A stretch of DNA of 64,000 nucleotides from Octopus sinensis. Its lineage: Eukaryota. Below, piece by piece: positions 36,103 through 49,383 of the stretch. Location: assembly GCF_006345805.1 (NCBI RefSeq), contig NC_043020.1, positions 26,288,001-26,352,000 of the forward strand, in the 5' to 3' direction. The number at the start of each line of letters is the position of its first letter. Position 1 is the first letter of the stretch. The position numbers and the translations under genes are program-made. Under the pieces are notes generated by a model, which had not been told where the DNA came from, did not search any database, and worked only from the letters and a program-made list of their open reading frames with translations.

Positions 36103-36325
36103 CCCTTTTGTTGCCATATTTATTTTGAGATGCTCTGTGTTTCTTTCAATTAATTTTAAATATAACAAAGAATTTAGTAAAATAACTTAATTATCATTAA
36201 AGCTGGTGTTAGGAACATAAATTCTGACTAAGGTTTGGTAGCAGATTTTAATTCAGAACTTATGAAAACAAGACATTTGTACTACAGAGCCAGAGGTGGT
36301 TTCAGCTGGGTTGGTATCGAAAGGG
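36103..36325 (+). mobile_element. piggyBac-like MITE, uninterrupted
   Basis: TTAA-CCCTTTTGTTGCC..GGTATCGAAAGGG. Confidence 0.8.
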
Positions 36326-36384
36326 TATTGTGAAAGACCTAGTTGGAGACTCAATTTTCTGGGTTCTTTTGTGGGGATTAGAAA

Positions 36385-36840
36385 AACTGAGAGGGAATAA
36401 GTCCTGGGTTTGATTTGCTCAACTAAAGGTGGTGCTCCAGCATGGCCACAGTCAAATGACTGAAACAAGTAAAAGAGTAAAGGAGTATATATATGAAGCT
36501 TTCTTCCCAACTACTTGGTCCTGGGTTCGGTCTCACTGCGTGGCACCTGAGGCAAATGTCTTCTACTGTATCCTCAGACTGACCAAACTTTGTGAATGAA
36601 TTTGGGAGGCAGAAACTGAAAGAGGCCCATCATATATATATATGTGTGTGTCTGTATTTGTCCCCTACCTTCACACTTGACAACTGATGTTACTGCGTTT
36701 AAATACCTGTAACTTAGCGGTTCGGCAAACGAAACAAAGAATAAGTCCCAAGGTTGATTTCTTCGACTAAAACCCTTTAAGGCAGTGCTCCAGCATGGCT
36801 GCAGTCAGATGACTGAGACATATAAACAAATAAAAGAAAT
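36385..36840 (+). mobile_element. SINE A tail plus a diverged SINE A
   Basis: Family motifs. Confidence 0.75.
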
Positions 36841-37519
36841 AATAAAAATGTAAGGGACATAACATTTCAAATGAAAGAACTTAAATAATACTGAATATAA
36901 AATTTACAATTTTTTTTTTTAAATTGAAAAGGAAATTGTAATGAGAACGAAAAAATAAAAGTGTATAAATTTTTAAGTTAATTGAGAAGAATTAAATATG
37001 TAAAATGAATAAATAATTTGATAAATAAAAACTTTAAAAAATACTGAAAGAAATTTAAATAAATATTTGAAAAATTCTTTAAAAAAAAACTGGAAGTAAT
37101 TAACATAAATAAATAAGTAAATAAATAAATAAAAACTAGGAAAAATAATTTTAAAAATGAAACAAATCAGGAATTAAATAAGAAATTTCATCTCATGAAA
37201 TTTAGAAAAATAAAATAAAATAAATTTTTTTTAAAATCGTATAATTAAAAAAAAAAAAAAAAAAAAATGTTCTTGATAAAATAGATAAATAAATAAATAA
37301 AATGATGAAGTTTTAGCTTCGTTTTCTGAAAGTCGTTATTCTGGAAATAATTACTAGGTTTGAGAAATATTTTTGAAGTGTCTTCAACTTTTAAAATTTT
37401 CGAATCACAAACGAACTTTACTGATTAATGAAGCAAAATTTTAAAAACATTTTTTAAATTTTTCTCTTGTGACAACAAGAATGAGAACAAGAGCAATAAC
37501 ACTAACAACAAGAAAAAGA

Positions 37520-37528
37520 ACATTTTTG

Positions 37529-37560
<32 letters not shown>

Positions 37561-37975
37561 TAGTAATACTGGGGGGGTTGTAGTAGTGGTGGTGGTTGTA
37601 ATACTGGTGGTGGTGGTGGTGGTGGTTGTAGTAGTAGTGGTAGTGTTGGTTGTAGTTGTGGTAGTGTTGGTTGTAGTAGTAGTAGTAGTAGTAGTCACAA
37701 TAGAAACAGCAGTTGTAAGTGGTTGTATGTTGTAGTGGTGGTGGTGGTAGTTGAAGTTGTAGCAGTTCAAGTGGTAGTGGTGGTAACAGAAGTTGTGGTA
37801 GCAGTATAAGTAGTGGTGTTAGTGGTGGTAGTAGATGTTGTAGTAGCAGATGAAGTAGTAGTGGTAGTAGTTGAAGTTGTAGCATCAGTTCAAGTAGTAG
37901 TGGTGGTAACAAGTTTTAGTTGTGGTAGTGGTGGTAGTAGAAGTTGTGGTAGCAGTAGAAATAGTAGTGGTAATG
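37520..37975. repeat. (GTA/GTG/GTT)n microsatellite
   Basis: Read directly. Confidence 0.9.
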
Positions 37976-39485
37976 GTGAGCCAGAAGGCTGCACCAGGCT
38001 CCAATCTTGATTTGGCAGAGTTTCTACAGTTGGATGCCCTTCCTAACGCCAACCACTCTGAGAGTGTAGTGGGTGCTTTTATGTGCCACCGGCACGAGGG
38101 CCGGTCAGGCGGTACTGGCAATGACCATGCCCAAAAGGTGTTTTTTTATGTGTTACCTGCATGGGAGCCAGTCCAGTGGCACTGGCAACGACCACGCTCA
38201 AATGTTGTTTTTCACATGCCACTGGCACATGTGCCAGTTGGACGACTCTGGCAACGATCTCGCTTGAATGGTGCTTTTCATGTGCCACCAGCACGGGAGC
38301 CAATCCGTGGCCCTGGCAATGATCACGCTGAATGTGCTTTAACAATATTTTATTTAATGTTATGTTCTACTGATTCTGTTAGATACCTGCTTTCTGAAGA
38401 AAGTGGATTCCTTTTATTTTAAATGACATACAGTAATGAGTATGTTAATTAGTTTAGAATTCTGTAAACAAAAAAAAATAAAGGAAAAAAAATCTGAATT
38501 TCATTAGAGATAATTAAATTAAAATACACAAAATAACTTTTGTATTTATTAATTTTAATCCTAATTAACAATGTTTTCCACACACACACACACACACACC
38601 ACATGCACACACATACATGATGTGGATGTATTTAGTGTGTGTGGGGGGAGGTGTATGTGTATACACACACACACACACACGCATCTTTTATTTTTGTCAT
38701 TGGAGTGTGGCCATACTGTGGCACCACCTTGAAAAATTTTAGTAAAATGAATCAGCTCTGAGTTTTTTGGTCTTTTTCCTTGAAGCCTGTTACTTATTCC
38801 ATCAGTCCCTTTTGCTGAACTGCTAGTTTATGGGGACATAAACACACCAACACCAGTGGTGGGGGACAAACAGCCACCCACACACATATATACGATGAAC
38901 TTCTTTCAGCTTCACCTACTAAATCCACTCACGAGGCTTTGAGAGTGTAGCGGGTGCTTTTACATGACACCAGCATGAGGGCCAGTCAGGTGGTTCTGGC
39001 AACGACCATGCTCAAAAGGTGTTTTTTACATGCTACCTGCACAGGAGCCAGTCCGGTGGTACTGGCAACGACCACGCTTGAATGTTGTTTTTCACGTGCC
39101 ATGGGCACATGTGCCGTTAGGGCAACAATCACACTCAAATGGTGCTTTTCGCATACCACTGGCATGGGAGCCAATCTGTGGCCCTGGCAATGATCACGCT
39201 CGATGTGCTTTTAACGATAGTTTATTTAATGTTATGTTCTACTGATTCTGTTAGATATGGTCTGTAGAGGAATGGCTCTAAAGCAATGAAAGTGAGGACA
39301 CTAATGTGGGATTCAATGTCATCTTCATCATTTAACATCTGTGTTCCTGGTGTTAGGAAGGGCATCCAGCTGTAGAAACTTAGCCAGATCAAGATTGGAG
39401 CCTGGTGCAGCCATCTGGTTCACCAGTCCTCAGTCAAATCGTCCAACCCATGCTAGCATGGGAAGCAGACGTTAAACAATGATGA
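37975..39485. mobile_element. Cluster of RTE 3' UTR copies with ~60-bp internal repeats (37975-38345, 38945-39215, 39345-39485) and a SINE A fragment (38680-38940)
   Basis: Repeated ACTGGCAACGACCACGCT..GTGCCAC units. Confidence 0.75.
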
Positions 39486-39489
39486 TATA

Positions 39490-39655
39490 CGATGGGTTTC
39501 TTTCAGTTTCTGTCTACCAAATCCACTCGCAAGGCTTTGGTCAGCTTGAGGCTATAGTAAAAGACACTTGCCCAAGGTGCCATGCAGTAGGACTGAACCC
39601 AGAACCATGTGGTTGGTAAGCAAGGTTCTTATCTCACAGCCACTCCTGTGCCTAT
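39490..39655 (-). mobile_element. SINE A head half
   Basis: Family motifs. Confidence 0.85.
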
Positions 39656-40444
39656 GTTGAACTCGTGCAACAAACTACTTTTTATTTTCTTTAGTCTCTT
39701 TCATAATTACCAAATTAATTTTCCCCATTACAGACACATTAATCAGTGTAGTTCGAGATACACTATGTCTAAAATTAGACGGGATGGTCATGGCTTGGAT
39801 ATTTTCAATGATAGGTCAACAGGATCAAATCTGACCGGGAACTAACCAACAGTGAGAACAAACGTAAAAGCTGTGACATAGTTTAAGACGACAATTAAAT
39901 CAACTCTCGTTATGAATACATTTTTTTTTAAAGTAAAAGAATTAAACAAAATAAAACAAAACGAAACAAGTTTAACAAGGATAATTAAACAAAAGTTTAT
40001 TATGTTAGAGCAAACTTTAATGATATTAATTAGTTGGTAATTGACTTAGTGAAGTTCATAAATTTGGATGAGGTTTTATTTTATTAAGAAAATCTTGATC
40101 TTTTGTTTCCCCCTCTCTCTCTCTTCCTCCTCTGTTTTATTTTCTCCTTTTCCTCTCCCTCCTCTTCATCTTGATTTTCCCTGCATCACTAAGATGAAAG
40201 GTTAATGCCCGAAATGTCAGTAACCTTGTCTCCCCACCTGCAAGCAATAGACTTCACCGAATTCACAAACTCTTCAGTATAATCGTCACCAACATAGATC
40301 ACCGCTAGATTCCTCACTGGACTTAGACATATATTTATTTTTATATTTCAGAATTAGGCAATTAAAAAGGGGGAAAAAAAATTAAAAAATGAAAAACAAA
40401 GGCTAGTCCATTGCTGAGTGCATGTATGTACATATATGTGTACG

Positions 40445-40495
<51 letters not shown>

Positions 40496-40499
40496 GGAA

Positions 40500-40800
40500 T
40501 TTACAAAAGACGAAGACGGGTGTGTAAACAACAAACATGTATTAGCTTAATGCTCGCGAAGTGAGAAAGCTTTTTATGTTTTGGGCCTACGCTCTTCAAC
40601 AGAAAGGAACACAGAAATAAACAGGGAGAGAATATATATATAGTGAATCCAAACAAAGAAAAACAAACAAGAAAAAACAACAATGTGAGGACGTGGTACA
40701 AGCACTGTATTATCAGATACTCAGGAAAGGAAAGGAAAGGGAAGAGCATTTTATGTTTAGAGCAAAGCTCTTCTTCGGAATATGCATTAACACACACACC
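40500..40800 (-). mobile_element. Adjacent HB and HA hammerhead-like repeats next to (TA)n
   Basis: Minus strand CTTT-CTGTTGA-A-GAGC.. (40571-40606) and CCGAAGA-A-GAGC-TTT-GCTC (40748-40781), both decayed. Confidence 0.65.
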
Positions 40801-41084
40801 ATTGGTTTGATATGATGTGATGGTTGCTAATAAGCATTAGTGTCATTACATATGGCTTTCATTTTCAATCTCCTTTGGAAAATATGTCAGACTTTCAAAA
40901 AATATTAACCTTGTTTGGAAACAAGTGAGGGTTGAGGACAGGAAAGGCACCCAGCCATAGAAAATACTCCTCATCAAATTCTGTCTGAGCCATGCATGCA
41001 TGGAAAATTGAATGCTACATGATGATGATGATGATGCACAAGGGCAAGAATTTGGTCCCATGGGAACGGAACTCTAGGAGTAGC

Positions 41085-41495
41085 ATAGGAGTGGCTGTGT
41101 GGTAAGTAGCTTGCTTACCAACCACATGGTTCCGGGTTCAGTCCCACTGCGTGGCACCTTGGGCAAGTGTCTTCTACTATAGCCTCGGGCCAACCAAAGC
41201 CTTGTGAGTGGATTTGGTAGATGGAAACTGAAAGAAGCCCGTCGTATATATGTATATATATATGTATGTGTGTGTATGTATATGTTTGTGTGTCTGTGTT
41301 GTCCCCCACCAACATTGCTTGACAACCGATGCTGGTGTGTTTACATCCCCATAAGTTAGCGGTTCGGGAAGAGAGACCGATAGAATAAGTACTAGGCTTA
41401 CAAAGAATAAGTCCTGGGGTCGATTTGCTCGACTAAAGGCGGTGCTCCAGCGTGGCCACAGTCAAATGACTGAAACAAGTAAAAGAGTGAAAGCG
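41085..41495 (+). mobile_element. SINE family A, full length
   Basis: Head to tail present. Confidence 0.9.
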
Positions 41496-41499
41496 CACT

Positions 41500-41680
41500 G
41501 AATTCTTTGTGCGGAGTCAATTGTATTGATTTCAATACTTGCCTAGTATTTAAGTTTCTTAGACCCCACAAAAGGATGAAAGACAAGTTTGACCTCAGTG
41601 GAATTCGAACTCAGAACCTACAGAGATGTACATAATTCTGCCACCATATTCCCTAACAATATAGTGATTCTGCCAGTTCC
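41500..41680 (-). mobile_element. Diverged SINE B
   Basis: AAAGGATGAAAGACAAGTTTGACCTCAGTGGAATTCGAACTCAGAA. Confidence 0.7.
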
Positions 41681-41725
41681 ATGCTCAAAGAAATAACTAA
41701 TTCTAAATGAAGAATTAAGTAATTA

Positions 41726-41935
41726 ACCCTTTCGTTACTTTATATCTGTTAAAAATACTCTCTCTCTTTGTTTCAATTAATTTTGAAAATAATGAAAACT
41801 TCAAGAAAATAATTTTAACATTAATAATATGGTTTTTTGAAACGTTAATTAACCTGACATTTTAATGGAAAATTTAAATTTAAATCATAGAACCAGAGGC
41901 GGTCTTAAACATGTTGGTATTCAGAGGGCTAACGA
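41726..41935 (+). mobile_element. piggyBac-like MITE, diverged
   Basis: TTAACCCTTTCGTTAC..GGTATTCAGAGGGCTAA. Confidence 0.7.
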
Positions 41936-42232
41936 TACAACAAACATCATAAAATAATTAGACAAAGTGGAGGAGTATATAAACCATAAAAAGTCAGGAG
42001 ATATGAGAGATGAAAATATTTATTTAAGAGCTTGACATCCTTAAGGTTACAGCTGTTTCACAGTCTTGTTCATGTAGTAATAATTTCGATGTGGACATAA
42101 ATTATGTTTATATGTTTGCGTTAATGTGCATATTGTGCATTATGCAATGCAACTGAAAATTCACAAATCAGTGCAAAAAAGAGAAAGCTTGCACATCAGA
42201 TCACCAGAATATCATGGTTACACCGACAATTC

Positions 42233-42309
<77 letters not shown>

Positions 42310-42310
<1 letters not shown>

Positions 42311-42760
42311 TCATCATCATCATCATCCACTTTCCATGCTGGCATGGGTTGGACCGTTTGACCGAGGACTGGTGAGCCAGAGGCTGCACCAGGCCAGTCT
42401 GATCTGGCAGGGTTTCTATAACTGGATGCCCTTCCTAACGCCAACCACTCCGAGATTTTAGTGCTTGCTTTTACGTGACACCGGCATGGGAGCCAGTCAG
42501 GCGATTCTAGCAATGACCACACTCAAAAGGTGTTTTTTTTATATGCTACCTGCACAGGAGCCAATCTGGCAGCACTGGCAATGACCATGCTCAAATGTTG
42601 TTTTTCACATGCCACCAGCATGTGCTAGTAAGGTGATACTGGCAATGATCACGCTTGAATGGCACTTTTCATGTGCCACCGGCATGGGAGCCAATCCATG
42701 GCCTTAACAACGATCATGCTTGGATGTGCTTTTAATGTTCCACTGGCACAAATGCCAATC
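42310..42760 (-). mobile_element. RTE 3' UTR with internal repeats
   Basis: Family motifs. Confidence 0.8.
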
Positions 42761-42939
42761 ACAAATGCCTAATTTTGAAGATCATGCTTCACCATCTCGT
42801 CCCATGTCTTCCTGGGTCTACCTCTACCACATTTTCCCTCCACAGTTAGAGATCGGCACTTCTTTATACAGCTGACCTCATCCACATATATATATATATA
42901 TATATATATATACACGCACACACACACATACATATATAT

Positions 42940-43310
42940 ACTTTTACTCTTTTACTTGTTTCAGTCATTTGACTGGCCATGCTGGAGCACCACTTTTAAT
43001 TGGGCAAATCAACCCCAGGACTTATTCTTTGTAAGCCCGGTACTTATTCTATCGGTCTCTTTTGCCTAACTGCTAAGTTATGGGTACTTAAACACACCAC
43101 CATTGGTTGTCAAGTGGTGTTGGGGGGACAAACACACACACACACACACACACACACAACAGGCTTCTTTCAGTTTCTGTCTACCAGATTCACTCACAAG
43201 GCTTTGGTCGGCCCGAGACTATAGTAGAAGACACTTGCCCAAGGTGCCACGCAGTGGGACTGAACCTAGAACCACATGGTTGGTAAGCAAGCTACTTACC
43301 ACACAGCCAT
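42940..43310 (-). mobile_element. SINE family A, full length
   Basis: Family motifs. Confidence 0.9.
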
Positions 43311-43560
43311 ATATATCGTTGCCATTATGCAAAAACGTCATAAGTCGAAGACGTTGCTTTTTCAGAAAACAAAAAAATACCTTCACCATTCCATAGCAAA
43401 ACCCTTGTACGACACTTTGACAGTTTTTGATATGTTGGCATCTGAAGCAGCTGGAGAGACGATGGTCTGACCAAAAGAACCGGCTGTTGCAAGCAAAAGC
43501 AAATATTGACCAAAAACACATTTGGCCTAATTTGGACATACGACAGTTTAACACAATAGC

Positions 43561-43968
43561 AACTATACATATATATATATACAAGCAAAATGGTCCCCGT
43601 CCAGTGGACGGTGCTGAGTTGTCAAACATTTAAACCAAATTTTCTCAAAACAACTTGTCCGACCGTCCCATAGTCCTCCCCTTTAAGAAACACTACTTTA
43701 ACCTAAATTTGAGACACTGTGCATTTTTCTCGCATACGTGTAGTATCGATCGCAACAGCTGATGTAATTGCGCATAGAAATGCACGTTCCCACGGCTTTA
43801 TCATTTGCATTCTCGCCTGGAATTGATTTTTATAATTTTTTCAAGACTTATACATGTCTTGATACCGTCGGTATCTACATATCAAATTTGAGCGCAATCG
43901 GAAGGAGGATGCCCGAAATCCTAGAAGACACACACACTGATTGACAAAACGGATTTTATATAATAGAT
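43561..43968 (+). mobile_element. Helentron/HINE-like non-autonomous element
   Basis: A(A/T)CTA start, TAATAGAT end, subterminal hairpin CCGTCCAGTGGACGG, AAATTTGAGCGCAATCGG motif, internal (CA)n; superfamily assignment is an inference. Confidence 0.55.
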
Positions 43969-44049
43969 ATGGGTGTGTGTATGGAGAGAGACACACAGAC
44001 AGACAGACAAAGCATGAGTGTAAATATGTAAATATTTACATAGTTTTGT

Positions 44050-44448
44050 TAGGAGTGGCTGTGTGGTAAGTAGCTTGTTTACCAACCACATGGTTCCGGG
44101 TTCAGTCCCACTGTGTGCCACCTTGGGCAAGTGTCTTCTACTATAGCCTCGGGCCGACCAAAGCCTTGTGAGTGGATTTGGTAGACGGAAACTGAAAGAA
44201 GCCCGTCGTATATATGTAAATATATATATATGCGTGTGTGTGTTTGTGTGAGTGTGTTTGTCCCCCTAGCATTGCTTGATAACCGATGCTGGTATGTTTA
44301 TGTCCCCGTCACTTAGTGGTTCAGCAAAAGAGACCGATAGTACTGGGCTTACAAAGAATAAGTCCTGGGATCGATTTGCTCGACCAAAAAGGCGGTGTTC
44401 CAGCATGGCCGCAGTCAAATGACTGAAACAAGTAAAAGAGTAAAAGAG
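44050..44448 (+). mobile_element. SINE family A, full length
   Basis: Family motifs. Confidence 0.9.
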
Positions 44449-44635
44449 ATGCTGAAAAGTTCCTGGCTTTAAGGGTATCATGAAAGGTCTGGTTGGAGGG
44501 CCCAACCTTCCAAGTTCTTTTACAGGGTTCAGAAAACTGAAGGGTTGCTGCAAGAAGTGTGTGAATCTGAGAGGGGAATGTGTTGAATAAAATCATAATT
44601 AAAGGATCCTTTTGTATTTTCTTTTACCAAAAAAC
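44448..44635 (+). mobile_element. Small mariner-derived MITE
   Basis: TGCTGAAAAGTTCCTGGCTTT / AAAACCAGGAATTTTTCGG inverted ends; KKCVNLRGECVE* resembles a mariner C-terminus. Confidence 0.6.
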
Positions 44636-44849
44636 CAGGAATTTTTCGGGACTTCATTGTCTATGATGGTCTTTTATGCAATTAGTGTCTGCTAATTCCA
44701 TTCACGAGGTATTGATTGGCACAAGGTGGCTACATGGTGAGATTGAACTCTGGACCATGTGGTTATGAAGGGATGCCTGTTTCCACTCAGCCATACTAGC
44801 ACCTCACTAACTCATGCTTTCTCTCTGTTTCTGTCTGTCTCCTCACTCC

Positions 44850-44850
44850 A

Positions 44851-44888
<38 letters not shown>

Positions 44889-45078
44889 ACACACACACAA
44901 AGAAAGAAAGAGACTGAGTAAGAGAGAGGGTTGTGCACATATGTATGTGTGTGTATATGCATATATCCTTGAGTGTGTATATATGTGTATAACTGCATAT
45001 ATGCATGTGCTTGTGTGTATATATATATATATATATATGCAAGTGTATATATTTGTGTTTTTATGTGTGTGTCTGTGC

Positions 45079-45159
<81 letters not shown>

Positions 45160-45456
45160 CATGTGTGTGTATATATATATATATGTGTGTGTGTGCATGT
45201 GTGTGTATATATATATATGTGTGTGTATGTATATATATATATATATATATATACATACACGCACACATCATACAGCAATACCTCATACCCCAAGCTACAT
45301 CACACCACATCATCACTGCACATTCACCTACTTAAGTACCTGTCCAGACAAGGTAACATTTAACTCACCTTTAATATATGTCAAGTTTTTGTAAACATTT
45401 TCCACGATTTTCAATGAAAATATTTTCAAATTCTCCATTAATCACACACACACACA

Positions 45457-45498
<42 letters not shown>

Positions 45499-45760
45499 AC
45501 ATAGTCATACACAACCATACTTCACAATTATTTATGCTTACTGATACAAATTTACACATACAGACATACATACACATGCATATAGACATATATACATATA
45601 TATACATGTGCACATACACACACTGACATACATATGCACACATGCAGACATACATACACATACAAGCAGGCATACATATGTATACATATACAGACACACG
45701 CTTGCATACAGGCATACACCTACATATTACATACACACACACAGATATTTGTTCGCACAC
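44850..45760. repeat. (CA)n/(TA)n/(TG)n microsatellite field
   Basis: Read directly. Confidence 0.9.
45369..45438 (-). CDS. Candidate first coding exon MENLKIFSLKIVENVYKNLTYIK
   Basis: Open frame ending at strong donor AAG|GTGAGT (phase 1); a unique island between microsatellites. Confidence 0.18.
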
Positions 45761-45981
45761 ATAATACTTCCAGCCATGTACACACTCTCTCATTCACATA
45801 TATACACACTCTCTCGCAGATGGACAGAGTATGCTTTACAGAGCAGGTGGCAAATTCCCACAGTCTGTAGTCTTGGCACCCAGGAGCACAGGTTCAATAC
45901 CTGGTGGCAGCTGTTTTATAGATTGGCTGAAATAATTGAAGAAGTAGGAAGTTAATCGGAGATGATGTAATTTGAACCTGC

Positions 45982-46261
45982 CAGGACTGTGGAGTCAAAA
46001 CAAAACACTTTGACTCTGACTCCTGGACTATTGGCACCTCTGACTCCGACTCCTCTCTATGTAATCAAGTGATTGTGGTCTACATATCTCAGAAAGCATA
46101 TACATACGCTTATACTATGAGTCAGCCTATATGTCATTAATGGTTTATATTAAAGAATAAAGACATTGTGAGTCAGAGTCAGTATAGTTTTACCGACTCT
46201 GGCTCCGACTCCAGCTACCCCTTAATTGATTCCAAATCCGACTCCAAACTCCACAGCTCTG
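45982..46261. mobile_element. hAT-type MITE with GACTCC subterminal repeats
   Basis: TIR CAGGACTGTGGAGT / ACTCCACAGCTCTG; 8-bp TSD GAACCTGC/GATCCTGC. Confidence 0.85.
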
Positions 46262-46284
46262 GATCCTGCACACATTAAATATTC

Positions 46285-46520
46285 TTATTTCTTTACTACC
46301 CACAAGGGGCTAAACACAAAGGAGACAAACAAGGACAGACATAGGTATTAAGCCGATTAGATCGATCCCAGTGCATAACTGGTACTTATTTAATCGACCC
46401 CGAAAGGATGAAAGGCAAAGTCGACCTCGGCGGAATTTGAACTCAGAACGTAGCGATGGGTGAAATACCGCTAAGCATTTCGTCTGGCGTGCTAACAATT
46501 CTGCCAGCTCATCACCTTAA
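46285..46520 (-). mobile_element. SINE family B monomer
   Basis: Complete head plus one body. Confidence 0.9.
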
Positions 46521-46639
46521 TTAAATATTCTGTCTCTCCTCCTCTGCCTCATCTTCATCATCGTCATCATAATAATTATCGCCTTCGTCGTTATCGTCGT
46601 CATCATCATCATCATCACCATCGACTTCATCATCAAGCA

Positions 46640-46790
46640 TGGTTGTGGGTGTTTTGTAAGAAGCTTTGCTCTCAACCACATGGTTCCGGGTTCAGTCCCA
46701 CTGCGTGGCACCTTCAGCATGCATCTTCCACAAAGCCTTGGGCTTGCCAAAAACCTTGTGAGCGGATTTGGTAGACAGAAACTAAGAGAA
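46640..46790 (+). mobile_element. SINE A head half, diverged
   Basis: AACCACATGGTTCCGGGTTCAGTCCCACTGCGTGGCACC. Confidence 0.8.
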
Positions 46791-47314
46791 CCCAATCATG
46801 TATTTACACACACACATTATGGGTGTCTTGCAACATATGTAACAACTAGAATAAAGGTCACCAAATTATGTCCATGTTCTTTTTCTCATACATGACATTA
46901 AAAATAAAAATGAAGAATTTTACATTCTCAGAACTTTACATTCACTTCGAGTTTCAGTCTGCTACATGTTTCTTTCTACTGCATTGATATCCTAACATGT
47001 GGCATTTAATTGCCTCCTGTTATTCCATATCATTCAACGTGGTTAACCAGAACCTGGATTGTACTAGAGTACTTGTAAGGTATCTGCCTGGTTTGAAATT
47101 CCCTCTTCGACATTATACACACAGACACACAGACTTTTTGTTCTTTCTTAAAATTTCCAATCTCTTCTGGAATTTCTTTTGGTATTCAATGAAGAATTAT
47201 GTCCAAAATGTTATACTTCTTCTTTATAAACTTTCCTGTCTTTGACTGGCATCCTGATATTAACTGTGAACAGCTCTTGTATTTTGCTCAACACACATGT
47301 ATGCATGAATATAT

Positions 47315-47700
47315 ATATGGCTGTGTGGTAAGTAGCTTGCTAACCAACCACATGGTTCCGGGTTCAGTCCCACTGCGTGGCATCTTGGGCAAGTGTCTTC
47401 TGCTATAGCCCCGGGCCGACCAATGCCTTGTGAGTGGATTTGGTAGACGGAAACTGAAAGAAGCCTGTCGTATATATGTATATATATATGTGTGTGTAAT
47501 GTTTGTGTTGTCTGTGTTTGTCCCCCTAGCATTGCTTGACAACCGATGCTGGTGTGTTTACGTCCCCGTACTTAGCGGTTCGGCAAAAGAGGACTGATAG
47601 AATAAGTTACTGGGCTTACAAAGAATAAGTCCCGGGGTCGATTTGCTGACTAAAAGCGGTGCTCCAGCATGGCCGCAGTCAAATGACTGAAACAAGTAAA
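47315..47700 (+). mobile_element. SINE family A, full length
   Basis: Family motifs. Confidence 0.9.
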
Positions 47701-48057
47701 AGATATATATATATATATATATATACATACATACACATAAATGCCCTAGACCATCACCTAATCACTGTTACCCGGCTTGTTGCTTAACAACAACATGCTT
47801 TGTGTGAGAGAGAGAGAGAGAGATGAATAAACTGGATGGTCATGATTGGAACACCTTTTGATTAAAGATGTGTTGAATCAGGTTTGACCTGGAGATAAGC
47901 AACAACAACAACAAAAATAAAAAGCAGGAAGCCTGACTGAAATAAATAATGGAGACTTAATGAAAGAGAAGGAGGAGAAGAAGAGAAGAAGAAGGAGGAG
48001 AAGAAGAGGAAGGAGAATGAGAAGAAGAAGCTTGGCAGGCTGGAAGAGAAGAGAAGA

Positions 48058-48106
48058 ATGACAGTTGACCTTGATTTGAAGACAGAACAGGTGAACAATG
48101 AAAGTG
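48058..48106 (+). CDS. Candidate exon [16 protein letters not shown]
   Basis: Donor GTG|GTATGT; the upstream purine-rich frame reads [16 protein letters not shown]; unverified. Confidence 0.18.
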
Positions 48107-48159
48107 GTATGTGGTGCTGTGTGTGTGTGTGGGGGGGTGTATGTGAACATATGTGTGTG

Positions 48160-48343
48160 ATATATAAATATATATATATACACACACAGAGATAGGGGGA
48201 GGTCTGGTTTGATGTGTGAATGTATGTTGTGCTATATAATATATATATGAATATATACTGATACTTGATACATATATATAGGATATATATGTATATAATA
48301 TATATATATATAGATATATATGTATATATATGTATATATATGT

Positions 48344-48393
<50 letters not shown>

Positions 48394-48401
48394 GTATATA
48401 T

Positions 48402-48460
<59 letters not shown>

Positions 48461-48518
48461 GTATATATATATATATATATATGTATGTATATATATGTAT
48501 ATATATGTATATGTATAT

Positions 48519-48551
<33 letters not shown>

Positions 48552-48845
48552 GTTATGTATATATATGTATAGTATATGTATATATATGTATATGTATATA
48601 TATATATGTATATGTATATATGTGTATGTATATATATATATCTATATATGTGTATATGTATATATATGTGTATGTATATATATATATATATATATGTGTG
48701 TATATGTATATGTGTGTATAGTATATGTGTGTATATGTATGTATGATATATGATGTATATGTATATATATGTGTGTGTATATGTATATGTGTGTGTATAT
48801 ATATATTTGTGTGTGTGTGTGTGTATATGTATATATATGTGTATG

Positions 48846-48888
<43 letters not shown>

Positions 48889-49351
48889 TTATGTATATAT
48901 ATATGTGTATGTATATATATGTGTGTGTATATATATATATAATATATATATATACATATGAATGTGTGTGTATGTTGTGCTATATATATGTGTGTATATA
49001 TATATATATGTACTTCTGTGTGTATATGAATACGTATGCGTATGTGATGAAAAGGAAGACATCAGCTAATTCATTTTATCTCTGCTAATGGCTGACAGAG
49101 GTGGTAGGTCTCCTCTGTGTGTGGTGGTGTGTGTGTGAGTGTCTTTAATCTTCTTCCAAGTCTTAAACAAATTTATTTGATTCAACTCTTCAAAATTCCA
49201 CTAATATCTATCTAACTGTTTACTTGTCTGTCTGTGTGTCGTTTTAGCTGTATGTCTTCTTGTCTCTCCTATCTGTGACTATTTGTGTGTTCTGTCTGTC
49301 TGTCTGTCTATCTTTCTGCATGTGTCTCTTTATGTTCTCTACCTCTCTCTC

Positions 49352-49383
<32 letters not shown>

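Noticed and set aside
39730-39850. Exon after the acceptor TTTTCCCCATTACAG
   Set aside because: The downstream sequence resembles the degenerate repeat tail seen at about 1030-1100.
40186-40222. PLE-like CCCGAAATGTCAGT motif
   Set aside because: It is possibly a decayed relative, but no recognisable CUGANGA core lies in register, so it was not counted.
43219-43629. ORF containing SDHRL as a LINE endonuclease remnant
   Set aside because: A single short motif only; the ORF spans SINE and microsatellite sequence.
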